Source: Lama guanicoe
Lineage: Eukaryota
Direction of reading: 5' to 3'
Assembly: GCA_013239625.1 (NCBI GenBank)
Contig: MU053472.1
Location: 1,178,001 to 1,242,000 of the forward strand
DNA: 64,000 bases
How positions within the stretch are numbered: position 1 is the first letter of the stretch; each line of letters starts with the position of its first letter. The translations under genes were made by a program, and so were the position numbers. Below the pieces are notes generated by a model, which was not told where the DNA came from, did no database searches, and saw only the letters and a list, made by a program, of their open reading frames with translations. This document shows, in pieces, positions 48,072 through 62,223 of this stretch.

Positions 48072-49579
48072 CTGTTGTTTTAAAAGACATAAAGTGATCA
48101 CTATAACAGAAATAAAACTTCCCACTTTTACCCAATTTCCAAGATTTATTTTTAAACTCACCTGTTCAATAGGTTCACTGCCTACATTCAGTTAGATTAT
48201 AGAAATTCACAGGTTTCAATTACATGGCTTTAAAGACTCTCAAGCTCTGGTTCCTAAATCCATCTTCCAAGATTAAGACTCCTGTGGGTATTTCCTCCCC
48301 TTTCATTTAAAAGCAAGTAACATCAAAATTAAGGGGAAAAAATCTTAAATATTATCTACAATTTAGTACCCTCACACCATAACTCTCTTCACTTTTACGT
48401 ATTTCATACATAAAAATGATGGTCTTTCAAAGGACAAATTCCTAGGACTGATATTTCAAGTAAAAAAGTATAGAAGTATTCATGTCATTAATTATTTAAG
48501 TCATACTGTGACCCAAAATGTAGCAATTTACAATATTTCCAGAAATGTATGAGTGTATTACCTTCATAAACCTTTATCATTGGACATAATTTAAAAACAC
48601 CCCATTTCTTTAATATATATCAGGAATATTGTAAATTTACTTAAATTTTATTTTTTGTATTAGTAGTGAGAACAAAAATGTTTCCACATATAATTTACTA
48701 TTTATGTTCTGTGTAACTGGACTGTTCATATTTTTTTTTGTCTATGATTAAAACAATTAAATTAGATGTACAAAACTGGGATTCACATGGCTGAAACAGG
48801 ACTTTTCAGTAACTCCTCCCAATAACTTGCTTGCTGGCTTAAAGACACAGGAAAACATTTCATCATCAAAACAGTGCTTTGAGAGTAGCACATTTATCAA
48901 TTTAACATTCCAAAAGGACAGGAGAGTTAACACTCAAACTCCTTCAAACATAAACTCTTGCAGAATCTTTAACAGTCTCAAGTGATCAGGCTTTATTTCA
49001 CTTCCTTTTGCCCTACTAACCAGTGTGTTCTGCAACAGAGCATTTTTTACCATCAAGAGGGGGCAGTAAAGAACCAGGTAAAAACAATGCTACAAAATCA
49101 AACCTTCAGGATTATTTCTGCATGTTCTGATATGCTGTCATACGGCACTAGAAAAGTTCCACTTGGGAGTTTTTTTAAACACTTATTTAGATGGTAAACA
49201 GTAAAAGGAGCTCTCCGTGACACTAAGACTACTGGATGAAAACAAAGTCTGACCATTTCTAGACAGTCACTGATAGCTGCAAAGCCAACAGTAAAAATTT
49301 CTTATGATTTCAGTTTAAATGTGATTTTGGGAAAGATTAATAATTCTGCATCTGTAGTTGTCAGGCTACCTAAAAACATACCTTTGGCAGAATCTGAATT
49401 GACAGTGAGATAATTTTTATAATACGTAGTTTGCTTTCCAAGATAAGTGATTTTGTGAGCAAATTACTGATTAACAAATTCTTCTACACACATGCACAAT
49501 CATACATACATACATATTTATTTACAGTTTAATTATTCTTGTCTATAAACTTGTTAACTTCAACGACAACCAGCAAACA

Positions 49580-50070
49580 ATACATGCAATTCCATTTACA
49601 GAAATTTACCTTAAAGAGATCATCACATGTTTGGAAAGAGAATTATTTACCAGAAAATTGCTTTAAACCACTAAAATCTAGAGGCAAACTAAATGTCCAT
49701 CAGTGGTGATTGGTTAATAAATTATGATGTATGTATATATGCATACGTATATGTATGCAGTGTATATTAAGGAGCACTATGCTATTATTTAAAGTTATGG
49801 TATAGATCTAAATTTATTAACCTAGAAAGATATCTGTAGCATCTATCTTAGATTGAAACCAGCAGATCACAAGACATCAAGTATATGATTCATTTCATAA
49901 AATTATCCAAACATATTTATACATTTATATGAATAAGCACAGAGGAACATTTGGGAAAATGCACACCAAAATGTTAGTAGTGGTTATCTGTTAAGTGGTA
50001 GGATATGGCATAATTTTTATTTTCTTCATTTTTTCTATATTGCTTAATTTGTTATCGCTGAGCATGTACA
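49580..50070 (+). mobile_element. Old L1 3' remnant
   Basis: gcaattcca..., aactaaatgtccatcagtggtgattggttaaataaattatg, caccaaaatgttagtagtggttatct. Confidence 0.6.
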
Positions 50071-50419
50071 TGTACAAATTAAATTTTTTTTAAAAAATGG
50101 TATGATTTATATAAATATGAAGGTGAAAGTATTTTTAAACTTGCCATGGCAAAATATTTAGTATTCTTTAACTTGGAACACCATATTCTAAATGGTTTTA
50201 TAGCAATTTTTCCTGAAATCAGGCAAATTTATCATATTTAGAGATAAAAAAAATATTACCAACTCAGCAAATGAAGATTTAATGTACTAAAATTATAGCT
50301 TAAACTAGTACTTATCTGACATTGTTAAAAAACATGACCTTTTGTGAGCCTCTGAAAAAACTCATTTAATCATTATAATTATAGTTATAATGATGATGGT
50401 GACAGGAGCAATAGGCAAA

Positions 50420-50556
50420 ATTTATTGACTATTTAGTATAAATCAGAGGCAGTGCTAATCATTATGTATTATTTAATTATCAGAACAATTCTAACGAGGT
50501 AGGTATTACTGTTATCTCCATTTTACAGATGAGGAAACTAAGATTTAGAGATTAGA
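50420..50556 (-). mobile_element. MIR SINE remnant
   Basis: aggtaggtattactgttatctccattttacagatgaggaaactaag. Confidence 0.75.
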
Positions 50557-50612
50557 ACACTGGTAATCTCAATCTAGGCAGGCTCTAACACATCAAACTA
50601 CATCTGCCTGCT

Positions 50613-50665
50613 TATCTACCTACCTACATACCTACCTACCTACCTATCTACCTATCGATCTATCT
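50613..50665 (+). repeat. (CTAC)n/(CTAT)n tetranucleotide repeat
   Basis: Direct reading. Confidence 0.8.
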
Positions 50666-51890
50666 AATGCAATTATCACAATGATTCCCCTACACATACA
50701 GAATATTACATTGAATAGGAAAGTCTCAGAAATTAAGTGACTAACTCAAGGACTACCCTACCTCCCACTAAAGAATATAATATGTATGTATATGTATGTA
50801 TGTATTTTCATATTTATAGATATCTATCTAGGAGTTCTATTGCCAAACAGAGTAGAAATCTTTTGGAGCTAACAAACACAAATCCTAAATTCCTGAAATT
50901 AAACATAATTTTTAACAAACATGATTATTAATAACTCAAAATCACTATCAAAATTATAGATTAAGGATATATAGCAGATTTTTACTTTTTTGGAAGTGAC
51001 CTAACTTACTGTATCTTATCTATTTAAAACCTTTCTGGTATAAAAAAAAGTTCTAGCTTGGACACTATATAAGAGAGAGTGTTTCTTGATGTACCAAAAG
51101 AATCTTCTTATAAGGTATTTTACTGTATTGATAATGGAAAGAGTATTCAGAGCAATGAGTACTGCTGTTTACTGTATAAGCAAAACAAATGATGTTGTAG
51201 TTAGTTCACTAACACTCTGATACTACATACTCTAAGTCTTTTAAATTATTTTAGAGCATTTTACTTATGCTCTAAATGACTCATTCTAATAATGGCAATA
51301 ATCAGAATTTATTAGCTTTGCGTTCTTATTATCTTATGTTGTGGTGTTTAAATGCCCCTCCTTCAAAAAGAGAAACCACAAAAATCCACCAACAGCTGCA
51401 AGATGAACTCAGTCCCTAACTGGATGCCTGTATGGTTAATGGGAGTAACAGTGCAAGAAAGTAACCTCTGCACCACTTGCCCTACATTCACTGAAACTTT
51501 CTGGCACTGGCTCTCAGACTTCTGCTCCGGCCTAAGTTCTGCATTACCTTAATGTCTGTTTGTGTGAATGACTTTAGCATAGACTAGCTTCATAATTTCT
51601 TGACTCTATTTAGTCCAGTGACTATTTCCTCCATTCCATATAAGTCACCCACCCACAAAGGAACATTATTATATGGTTGGTACCTAATGCAGTGCTCAAT
51701 AAATGTATGCATAAATAAATGAACTGAATATGAAAGAATCTAAAATTTATTCAACTAACTTGAATAGGTGCTGAATACCATGCTACTGTGGGCAAGAACT
51801 AATTTGTAGATAGTGAGGTTCATACAGAAAAGTAATAGGGGGCCCCATCTATGATTGTTCCTTATGTAACGCACTGCTGGCTATACTTAC

Positions 51891-52031
51891 AGGTCTAGGT
51901 AGGGCCAGGTTTGCTCCGTACCAATGATAAAGTGCTCTCCATACAGGTTCAGGGACCATTTCATAGTCTTTTCCATGGATCAGCTGTGGGGTTCGTTTTA
52001 ATCGTCCTCCTTCTAGTGTTAATGATGTAGC
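51891..52031 (-). CDS. USP32: USP32 coding exon (~15), 141 nt, ATSLTLEGG...DYEMVPEPVWRALYHWYGANLALPRP
   Basis: ctaag|GCT acceptor; CCT|gtaagt donor; DUSP C-terminal motif. Confidence 0.96.
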
Positions 52032-52461
52032 CTTAGAAAAAAATGGAATGTAAATGCTGATTTTTAATATTACAGGCTCTTGTGTTTTACCAAAACCTAG
52101 ATGCAGGAGAATAAACACATATGTCACTACTCAGTTGCATGTTACTGGAAAAAAAATTAATTTTCTAAAAGAGTCTTATTTTGAGCTTTCAAAATAAACT
52201 ACTTAAGAAAGGAAACTCAAAGCAAATCATTTGAAACTACATTTTCACAGTAGCTGTCCAAAGTAAGAAAAACATTTCCAAGGATCACTAAATGGCTTCT
52301 ACGTAAGTACTAAATCATAAAATATTGTCACAGGAACATTTCTATGCAAAGAGATTTCCATCTACAATAGGTTAGTGAAATGTACCGCAAACATTTTCTA
52401 TGTGCTAAAATCTCTAGAATGAAATTTACTAGCAACTTGAAAGAGATGTCAAATTACTTAC

Positions 52462-52637
52462 CTTTACTGGTTCTTGAGTTACTAGTGGCTGGTTATCAAT
52501 AGCCCCTGGTTTTTGAGGATTGAGGTGTAACAAAATATTCCCATTGGCTCCTAGTAAACACTGGTTGTTATTGTCAGAAGTGTTATGTTGTCGAGCAAAG
52601 CACATATCTGCCCCTGGTGTGGCAGAATACAGAAAGC
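52462..52637 (-). CDS. USP32: USP32 coding exon (~14), 176 nt, FLYSATPGAD...KPGAIDNQPLVTQEPVK
   Basis: cag|GCT acceptor; AAG|gtaagt donor; DUSP PGxIDN motif. Confidence 0.96.
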
Positions 52638-54170
52638 CTGTAAGGAGAAAGAGGATGGATCTCTCTATTTTGTTATATATAAGTAGGCTTGAAGATATGA
52701 ACTCAGTGTCCATGTATTAGGTTAATGATATTATTCTGTGGGCCTATGAATACAGTGTTAGATTAAAAAAAAATACAGTGTTAGATTCTGATAATTCTGC
52801 AGAAGATAGGAAACAGAGATGTATTCCTTTCTGGACAACATCTAATATAGCACTAGGTAGAATAAAAGCTTTAAAAATTGTTACCAAATGAACATTTGGC
52901 CAACCTCCTAGAATATCTAATAATTCACAAGAATTATATGCCCTCTGATAGGAAAGGGAGAAATATGGCCAAGTAGCTCGGCTCTCACAGTCGTCCCTTA
53001 ATTCTTCTCTTCCACCTGCAAACACATTCCAAATTTTCTTGGTAGATAATGGTGATAACAAGTCCCTAAACCAAAGGGAAGGAGCTAAAACAAGAACTCC
53101 AACAGAAGAGTGCCAGGAGGGAAGGAACTGTTCCCTAATAAATCTATTTGAAAGGAAGGCATGAACATTACTATAGAAAAATATACACAGAAAAATGATT
53201 AATGATGACTTGGAGTTGTGAATCTCAATGGTAACTTAAGGTATTTCACCTCTCAACTACACGTTAATCTAGCCATCAATCACGTTGAACCTTCTACCTA
53301 TGGTACTGCTCAGCATGTAGATAACACAGGTTATGTACAGAGTGAGCCCATGTCAAAAAGGACTTTACGGAGGGTTAAGAATCTTAGTTTTAAAGCTGAT
53401 CAGAGAGAGCATTTCTAGGACTGCTAAGTGATCCTTGTAATGTCAGATGGAGAAAGAGGGGCAGTAGATTTTACAAAGAGCTTTGTAAAGAAAATGCTAA
53501 CTCTGTCCAATTTGCCTTCTCCCTCCACAGAAAAGGAGAAAAGACCTCAATGATGCAGTAACAACAGAACAAGAAAAAGAGTCCTGCTACTGTATCAGCA
53601 GAGTAATAGTGATCAACTAAATTCAGTAGGGCCAAAATAGACCAAAACATTTTCCCTCTAAGTGTAGAACCACTAAGTTTTAGGTAGGTACCAATGACTG
53701 CAGGGAATTATGGGAAGCATCATGAATTCTTTCTCAATATTTTAACAAAATAACCCCCAAATTCCAGCCTGAAATGTCTGCAGAATCTGATGTGAGGGTG
53801 CATTTAGTCCAGTGAAGGTCTGCTTATGCTCAGAGAGAGTTCTGGAGATAAAAACAGATTTTCTTAAAAGCTGTCTTCCCAAATCTACATCTGCTGACAA
53901 AATTATTTAACAGCAATATGGAAGGATGTGGCTTAATGAAAACAGTGAAAATATTTTCATTCTGAGAGACAAATGAAGTAGAATATAGAAGAGCTTCTCT
54001 TTGTAAAGCTTCTAATACAATCAAGAATCTGACAACTGACCATTTCATTCAAAATTTACTTCTGGGAATGGAAGCCTGATGCTCCATTTCCTGTCAAGCA
54101 CACTTTCTGACAAACCGTGGCCTTTAAGGATGACCCGGACTAAACTCCAAGGGAAACAAGCCATACTTAC

Positions 54171-54366
54171 TGCTGCCAGCAGTTTCTGAGGCTTCAGATG
54201 CAGTAGAAATGTTGTCTGAAAATTTCTCTTCCGTGGTGTTCACATAACTGGGGCTGCCTCCTCCGATTTTATCTTCACTTTGTTCTATAGGGTGTACTGT
54301 TGTTCCGAATGAGCATTTTCCTCCATTCAGAACAGATGACGGCTCAATTACAACAGGGCTGGCATC
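54171..54366 (-). CDS. USP32: USP32 coding exon (~13), 196 nt, DASPVVIEPSS...ASEASETAGS
   Basis: ttttag|GAT acceptor; GCA|gtaagt donor; open frame with consistent phase. Confidence 0.94.
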
Positions 54367-54887
54367 CTAAAAACCATGAAGTCAGAAATTAAGAGGTAAA
54401 ATTTAATAATCTGACAATTATGCAGCCTTCAAAAATAAATCCCCAAATTATCTATTGTTTCTAATCTTCCTGTGGTTGGCTACAGCCACTTAAAAACATC
54501 TGGATGTATAGCTAAATTTTAATTCTTCAAAGGGGAATAGTATATATAAATAAAATTGGTAAGGCAGAATGGGAACAGGCTGCAAAGGACTCTCCCAGGT
54601 AAAGTAATTTAGACTTTAGTCTGTTTAAAGTTGGAAGCTATGGAAGGCTTTTTTTGATATTAAAAAATAAATAATATTTATTCTTTTTTCTATTAAAGAT
54701 TACATTGTTATTACAGAAAATATAGAAAACCATGAAGAAAATAAACATCACAAGTACTCAGATTCCACCATTTAGTATTAACTGTAGCTCACATTTTGAT
54801 GTATTTCCTTTATTTTTGTGACTGAAAACATATACATATATGGAAAAACTAAGTAGCGTGGAGAATACACTTAAAATTAAGGACAGG

Positions 54888-55045
54888 GCACTGACTTGCC
54901 AGCTATCTGACCTTTCACAATAAGTAAACTTCATAAGCCTCAGTTTCTTCTTAGGCAAAAATTAGGACAGTATTAGTGTCTACCTTAGAAGTAGTATGAA
55001 GATCACATGAGTGGCACATGTAAAGTGCCTGGCATTTAGTAAATG
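54888..55045 (+). mobile_element. MIR SINE remnant
   Basis: aagcctcagtttcttc...gtgtctacctt...catgtaaagtgcctggca. Confidence 0.65.
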
Positions 55046-56387
55046 TGAACCAGCATTCCAGTTGTTATCAAACAGATGCCACATTTTAAATACAGCATAA
55101 TGCTTCTTTTTCTTTTACATAACATTGTATTGACAAGATTTTTCTATGAAAGGCTTTTAAACAGGGGAATAATATAATCCAGATTTTGCTTTAAAAATAA
55201 CTCTAGTGTATAGAAAGGACTGGAGGTAGAAATTGAAAACTGAGACACAAGTTAGAAGATTTCTATAATTCAGATAGGAGATGATGAGGCACTAAACCAT
55301 AAAGCTAGATCCAGAAGTAAGGAGAGAAGAGCATGGATTCAGGAGTAAACAAAACCTTGTGTATGAAAGAGGGGCCTAGATACTTCCAAGGCAGAACAGG
55401 AGGTGCTGGCTTAGATGACTGGAGGAGAGTTGACAACTTCATAAGATAAGGTATATGGGTGAATGGGATTGTTTTGGGAACGAGCTTATTTTGGGATATT
55501 CTGGTTTGAGATACGTGGATATTTAAGGACACAGAAAGAGACTAGATATAAAAATGTGGGGCTCATTCGATTTCCAGAAGTACAAGAAAATGGTATATGC
55601 AGAATAAGGAGAGAACAATATTTATAGGGTAGATAACAGAAGAATCTGAGAAGGACACTGAGTCTGAACGATCAGAGAAAAATCAGGAGATGCAGACTAC
55701 CAGAAGCAGAGACCATTTTATATATAGCATAGATCTATTTTCTAAGAAGCTTACTAGTGTGGAAAAAAAAAAAAGCAAAACAAAACAAAACAGAGAGAGC
55801 TAAGACTTGAGGAGAAGCAGGAGGGAAGGGGCTATGACAATGTGTATCCGTGTTTTAAAAAGATCAGGATATTTGTAAGTGAGAGGGTAAAGAGAAAGAC
55901 TAAAGGGGCTAACTAGTTGAACAAGTTCCCATAGGCATCTGAGAAGCATGGGTAGAGGAACTCCAGTGGCATTCAATAAACAGTGACATGAATTTTAGTA
56001 GATGAAACAGATCAATGGAAGTGGGTCTTGAAGCCCTAGATAAACAACAAATTTAAGACAAACTCCAAGTGATAGCATAACAACAGCACAGTGTATGCTT
56101 TAGTTTCTATTAATGCAATTACAGCATCTCTAATTTTAGCTAAAAAAGGAGACATTGTATCAACATTTCATTAGATGTTTTCTCCTCTTTGATCTGTAAG
56201 CCAGGTGAATACTATTAATTTGTAGATCCTTCAGAAGCCAGCTCTGAAGAAATCCCAATGCCTTTAATCAAAAGAGTGTCAAGAAGAATGAGAATAAAAC
56301 TTAGATTTCTTTCTACATACCAATTAACTTACATACCAATTAATTTTATTGGACTGAAAAGGAAACCTCATTTAAAATGTAGTCAGA

Positions 56388-56470
56388 GGGTGGGGGGGTG
56401 GCCACAGCTCAGTGGTAGAGTACATGAGGAGGTCCTGGGTTTAATCCATCATATACACACACACACAGAG
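56388..56470 (+). mobile_element. Degenerate Vic-1-type SINE with (CA)n tail
   Basis: agctcagtggtagagtacatg..gaggtcctgggtttaatcc. Confidence 0.65.
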
Positions 56471-56870
56471 TCAGGAAGCCCTGAAAGGGGAGCTCAATCA
56501 CATCATTTGCTTATCACCAATTACAATTTTCTGCTATTCCCGAATAAACTCATTTTGCTAGTATAACACCTGGCTCTTTCATTTTTCAAAGTCAAAAGGT
56601 CAAAAGATATAGAAATAGAAATTAGGCCTGAGTAGTTTATATTATTAATCATATGTTTGGACTTCAGTTTTTAGATTTAATAGCAATTTATTAAAGATAA
56701 CATTGATCAGTTTATCTGATACTGAGTCCACACTAACAAAATGCACTACATTTAAATTAGGTTTCAAAAGAAAATTTTCAGTAAACAAAAATGACTTATT
56801 TAAATTAATCCAACTTTTTTTGCAGTTATGCTTTCTGATTTATTTGGTCTGGAGTGGAACGAAGGCTTGG

Positions 56871-56967
56871 CTTTTCTTTCTTTCTTTCCTTCTTTCTTTC
56901 TTTTCTCTCTCTTTCTTCCTTCCTCTCTCTCTTTCTTTCTTCCTTCCTTTCTCTTTCTTTTCTTTTT
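56871..56967 (+). repeat. (TTTC)n/(TC)n homopyrimidine tract
   Basis: About 97 nt of pure C/T. Confidence 0.9.
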
Positions 56968-58949
56968 AAGCTTTCTACGTGATTTATGCAGTCAGAATTG
57001 TTAACTACTGCCCTAGTGAGGATTATAAATGTCACACTTTTGTTTTCATAACATTCTCCAAATGTTGAGTATAGTAAATGATTTCTTACTGAATCTATTA
57101 CTTGCTCTGGAACTTGCTTTTTAGAAAAAGATTCAGACTTTAATGAGCTTTGGGGTTATTTGCTTCTTTCCTATAAAGATGGAGCACAGCCAGTCGAAAG
57201 AATAACTTTCTGAAAAATTAGTCTTCTCCCAGGTCCTGCAGAACCTCACTATCTTCCAGACAATCACTTTATTCTTGTTTTAGATGTTCTTGAGTTTAAA
57301 TAATGTCTGCATAACCATCAAATGGTTGACAGGCAACTTCCTTTTAAATTTATATTCACTTTTCTATTCCACTTATATTAAGTTTCTGTCCTATTAATTT
57401 TTTGAAAAAAACTGTAGTAATATATTTAAAGAAAGATTAATTCTCCTTAATCTCACTTGAGCAGATAATTTTATTCAAGTTTTCCTCTGAGTTTGGCATT
57501 TGACAGAATTTCAAGGAGAAATATTTGAATTGTATTTGAAATGTTTTAATGGGTTTGGAAATCTTATATGGAACCTAGATGTTTCTGAAGAAAATCTACA
57601 TGAAGTTGTTCTTACAGTATTTCCTATTCTGAAAAGCTTAGTCCATAGGTTGACTCTACAGGTATCACTGGCAAGAGAACAGGATGATAAAAAATGGCAG
57701 GCATTAAATCTTTCAGGTTGAGTTTTACAGTAATCTAGCAATAGAATGATTGGACTAGTTTATCAGAGGCTGCAATGTTTGCCCTCAAAGACTGTAGATT
57801 GTACCATCTGCTTTTAACATGGCACAGTGAATGCTACCATTAGACTTGGAGAATTTCACAGGGTTTTCTTCACTTCTTTTTCAATGTTCCAAACCAGTGT
57901 CTGTTTTCTCACTGCCTTTGGTTTTCGTTTCTATTCTAGGAACCTACTGCTCTTAGTGGCCAACACTGTCTGAAACTCACCACTACTCAGGTTCTTTTTC
58001 CTTCTTCCTTATTGGCCCTGTTTTTCTAGTCACTGCTTTAGCCCTTCGTGGCTTTCAGTAAAATTGTCAACATTTACAGTTAACTAATCTTATCACTAGT
58101 ACCTTCCTTCTATATGTTGAAAAACCAGTAATGGTCATATATTGTAGTCTCTGGCTCTTTTTGACTTTGTTATTTTCAGTTGCTCTGGGAAATTTTTTTG
58201 CCTAAACATCTTGCTGTGTTTTCCCTGACTTCTGGGTCTGGAACTGTTAGAAACTATCCTAGAAGCCTGTTTTCAGAAAGATATGTCTCTTGGAGAGGTC
58301 AAGTTTCACCTATGGTGAAAAATATCCATACTTTCTCTGAGTCAATGATTCCTTAAAAGGGCTACATGGCACTTTAATGTAAGATAATTCTATTTTGAGA
58401 ATTTTATGATTCCTTCTAAGTTAAGTTATATGAATGGTTTATGATGTTCCAAAATAAGGGCTCACTGTCTTCTCTATCAGTGATAATATTACTCTTTTTA
58501 GATCTTATACAGATGTATACTATAAGTATTGGTGATCTAAAACAACTAATAGCTATGCCAATTTTATATTTCATTAGTCTACAATGCTGGTTTTGGAAAA
58601 ATGAAAAGGCAGTATGAAGCAATGTAAAAAGTAATGAGGTAGGAATCAAGAGACCTGAGCTCCAGAGATCTAGATCAGGTAATAGAGTAATTGCCTAATA
58701 CAACTTCGGGCAATTAAAAAAAAAAAAACCTAAGGGACCTCAGAAGCATCATTTGTAAATTTAAAGAGAGGCATTTAAAGTGTTTTCTAGCTCTAAAGTT
58801 ACATGCCAACTAAACAGTAAAATCTGTGCTGCTCCCTCACAGCTCTCAAACAGGAGGAAAGACAAATGTATATACCACAACGAGGACAAATAAAATATTT
58901 CACCATTACTCCTATTTACATCTTTTTAAACTTTTCGTTTTCATTTCCT

Positions 58950-59070
58950 AAAATTTTGGGGGGGTTGGTAGTTAGTTTAGTTTAGTTTTGTTTAATTTTA
59001 ATGGAGGTAAGGGGACTGAACCCAGGACCTCATGCATGCTAAGCAAGCACTCTACCGCTGAGTTATACCC
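58950..59070 (-). mobile_element. tRNA-Ala-derived SINE (Vic-1 type)
   Basis: ggggactgaacccaggacctcatgcatgctaagc...ctctaccgctgagttataccc; candidate TSD atttacat. Confidence 0.85.
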
Positions 59071-59504
59071 TCCTCCCTCCCATTTACATTTTTACAAAAG
59101 GAGATTTCACACAGCAGAAAAACACTTGGCTCATAAAGAGGGAACAAGATCAGCAAGATCCCACGAGCAGATCAAGTATTCAAGCTCAAGTGAATCACAG
59201 CAAATTGGAAGTAAACCACTTCTGAGAAAGGACTGCTTATTCTTCCTGCTTCCTTGCTCTCTTTGCAGTTAGGCATGCTGCTGTCTAGAAGACACAGTCC
59301 GCCCTCACAGCCAATCAGTAATTCACATAAGCAAATATGCCATTTTGTGGAGAGAAAACATGAACTAAAGCTAATCGATGTCTTAGGCAGGTGGACTAAG
59401 CCCAGAATAAGATAAAATTAGCCAACATGTTAGGAACAACAATTTATTTTTTTAAGCAAGGCTTTTGTCAAAGTTGTCATATATACTGGAAAGGTAAGTT
59501 TAGA

Positions 59505-59875
59505 TCACTGATTACCTGCCAGACATAGGGCTGAGTGCTTCACATATACATCAACTCATCTAATCTTCATAATAACCCTATTGAAGTAGGTATTACAATT
59601 AATCTTGTTGTTCATATAAGGAAACTGAGTTAGAGAAAGGATAAGTAACTGGTTCAAGGTCATGTATCAAACAGCAGGACCTGTACTCCAATGCAGGAAG
59701 TGCAAGCTTACTACGATTATCCTATACTGGTTTCTCATAATATTAGCTAATACTTACTGAGTACTTACTATGTGCCTGACACTTTACATGTGTCAACCCC
59801 TTTAATCCTCATAATACCCTAGGAGGGAGGTTACTGTTATTATTCTCATTTTACAAAGGGAAAACAAAGCCCAGA
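59505..59875 (-). mobile_element. Two adjacent MIR remnants
   Basis: taatcttcataataaccctattgaagtagg and ttaatcctcataataccctaggagggagg...ctcattttacaaaggg. Confidence 0.7.
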
Positions 59876-61442
59876 ATGCCATTTAAAAAAAAAAGTTCTT
59901 TGCATTTAAAAGAAAGTTACTCTTTATTTAGTAAAGAACTCTTTTCTAATTAACGTGCATCTTCAGAAAGGACTGCTGTTATTCCATTTACATTTTTCTC
60001 CTTCTAATTAAACAGGTCGCCATTAGTCTCTAATACCTTTCCCTGCAAATGAACTGACACTCTCTTCCCAGGTTTCTCAGTTAACCAGATTTCAAAGTCT
60101 GCATTTGACAGGCACATACTAGACAATAACATAAAATGCCAAAGTGAGGAGGGGAAGATGGCCCTGAAGTATAGATTCCCTCTCTCTACATTTCTCCCTT
60201 ACCATCCTCAACTAATTCTTTTAATGTACAGAAGGGTTATAGTAGCAGGCAAGTACAAACTCAGTCCATGTTTTTAGCAGTGCACTTCTATTTGTAAGAG
60301 ATGAACTGCTAAGAGCAAGATCTGATTCTATCATGTTCCTATAGGAAACAGAAAGTAATCTGTCAAATACAAAACTACGTTATTCTCTGAGAGTCTACAG
60401 CCTCTTAAGACATTAATAACCATTCATTCTACGGCCAAACTATGAATATAAAAACTAAAAGGTGTTTCAAAATAGACTGTGACACTGACTTTACCCCAGG
60501 GTTCTCAATTTCTACCTCTGTGAACCATCATTATCTACCTACAAGATCTCTGAAGTCATTTGCCTACTTTTATTCCTGCAGTGACACCGAAGTCTACCAT
60601 TTCCAGTTAACATATTTTACGTGTGAAAAGACACTACTAAACTCCGCAAAAGGGGAAAACAACCAGGTAGAATAATGAGGTAGATAATGTACAGTTTACC
60701 AACATTCTGATAAATAAACAATGACAAAAAAGGACACATAGGAAAAATATGGATCAAATTATTAGAATTCTGGTTAGTGATTATTTGGCAACTGACAATG
60801 AGTCTGTATACCACCTGTCTCTCCTGGAATGGAGGAACTGATTTCTGGCAGTGCTCTTCTCAGTTTCATAGTTCTGCAAAAATTCCCTCCTTGTTTTAAA
60901 TAAAGCTCTAGAGTATTCACTAATGAGAATCTAACTCTTCGTTAAGAACAATGGCAGATTATCATTTAGAAATTGAGTTCTAATGTTAGTTCTGAAATTA
61001 ACTTTCTTGAACAGGAAATCAACACTTCTTACCCAAGGGCCTTCAATTTTTTGATGGAAAAGGTGAACAAATGAAGGATAATGTAAGTGATGTGATTGAG
61101 ACACCACTGGCATTAAATCGGTCCTTAGGTTTGACTCCAGAACTTCCACCTTGAGCAAGATATTCAGGTAGCCTTTAAACTCAGCCTAGGTTCCACACAG
61201 GGCCCACATTTGGGTATAATACCACCCTTCTCACAGGGATCTTGTGAGAATAATATGAGATATATAAGGTGCATATACACGCACCCCTATGCCCAGTATT
61301 ACCTTCCTCACAGAGTTGTTGCAAGGGAGGAAATTCATGTGGAAATTCTTTATCTGGGTTGGGGCATTTTATTACTGGCCAGTAGTCTAACAAAGTCTGA
61401 TGGAGTCTATGAAAAATGTAGATAAACAGGAATCTTACTCAC

Positions 61443-61545
61443 ATATTTGACATACTCTTTCCACTGCTGCCACCACTGCATGGAGATGATAAACCAGTTG
61501 TGTCCTGGTTGCAGACCATACCTGCTCTCTCGTTCTAACCATCCT
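61443..61545 (-). CDS. USP32: USP32 coding exon (~12), 103 nt, GWLERESRYGLQPGHNWFIISMQWWQQWKEYVKY (start of DUSP domain)
   Basis: tacag|AGG acceptor; TAT|gtgagt donor; DUSP-type W-rich motif. Confidence 0.96.
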
Positions 61546-61714
61546 CTGTACACACAAGAGAAATTCAGCATATCAAAAGGTAGGTAAGACAGATGACCAC
61601 ACACCCACAAATTATCATTAGAAATTTTTCGAAGGAAAAACATAAAACAGATATACTCAGAAACAGTGTAGGAAAAGTGGCTGCCAGGAGCTGGAGGAAA
61701 AAAAAGGTTAGGAA

Positions 61715-61962
61715 AAGGGTACAAACTTTCATTATAAGATATATAAGGACTTTAAATCTGATGTGGTGACAGAGTTGATAACACTGTCTTGTATAACTGA
61801 AATCTGCTAAGAGACTAGAACTTAAATGGTTCTCACCACCCTCCTTGCCCCGAAAAGGTGAATAAATACGTGAGGTGACTGTGATGGATGTGCTAATTAA
61901 TTCAATGGGGGGAACCCTTTCACAATGTATACATATATCAAGCAATAACACTGTACACTTAG
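61715..61962 (+). mobile_element. L1 3'UTR fragment
   Basis: ggtacaaactttcattataag...gatggatgtgctaattaattcaatgggggaaccctttcacaatgtatacatatatcaa. Confidence 0.75.
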
Positions 61963-62161
61963 AAATACGTTAATCCAATCCCCTGGTTAGCAAGTTACTC
62001 TAACAAAAATATTTTCATTATATAACTATTTCTGAGAAACAGGGTGCTGTGGTAATGATTACATTAAAATGGGACATGCTATTACTTAGTAACAATGTAT
62101 TTCAGGTGTCAAGAGATTTCAACTATGATGAAAAAGACACAGATTGAAACTATAAACTTAC

Positions 62162-62223
62162 CTAATAATTTGTCCCTCCTCTTCTGGAGTAGCTGGTCTT
62201 AAACCCAGAACTATATGACACAC
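62162..62223 (-). CDS. USP32: USP32 coding exon (~11), 62 nt, VCHIVLGLRPATPEEEGQIIR
   Basis: tctctag|GTG acceptor; TTAG|gtaagt donor; frame continues into next exon. Confidence 0.95.

Noticed and set aside
54367..61442. Intronic H/ACA scaRNA (I recall SCARNA20 being hosted by human USP32)
   Set aside because: I could not recognise a match. A hairpin ending in ACAttg near 57773-57830 lies in L1-like sequence. An Infernal/Rfam scan would be needed to decide.
61546..62161. Unusually short intron relative to human
   Set aside because: This rests only on an unverified memory of the human intron size and cannot be supported from the window.
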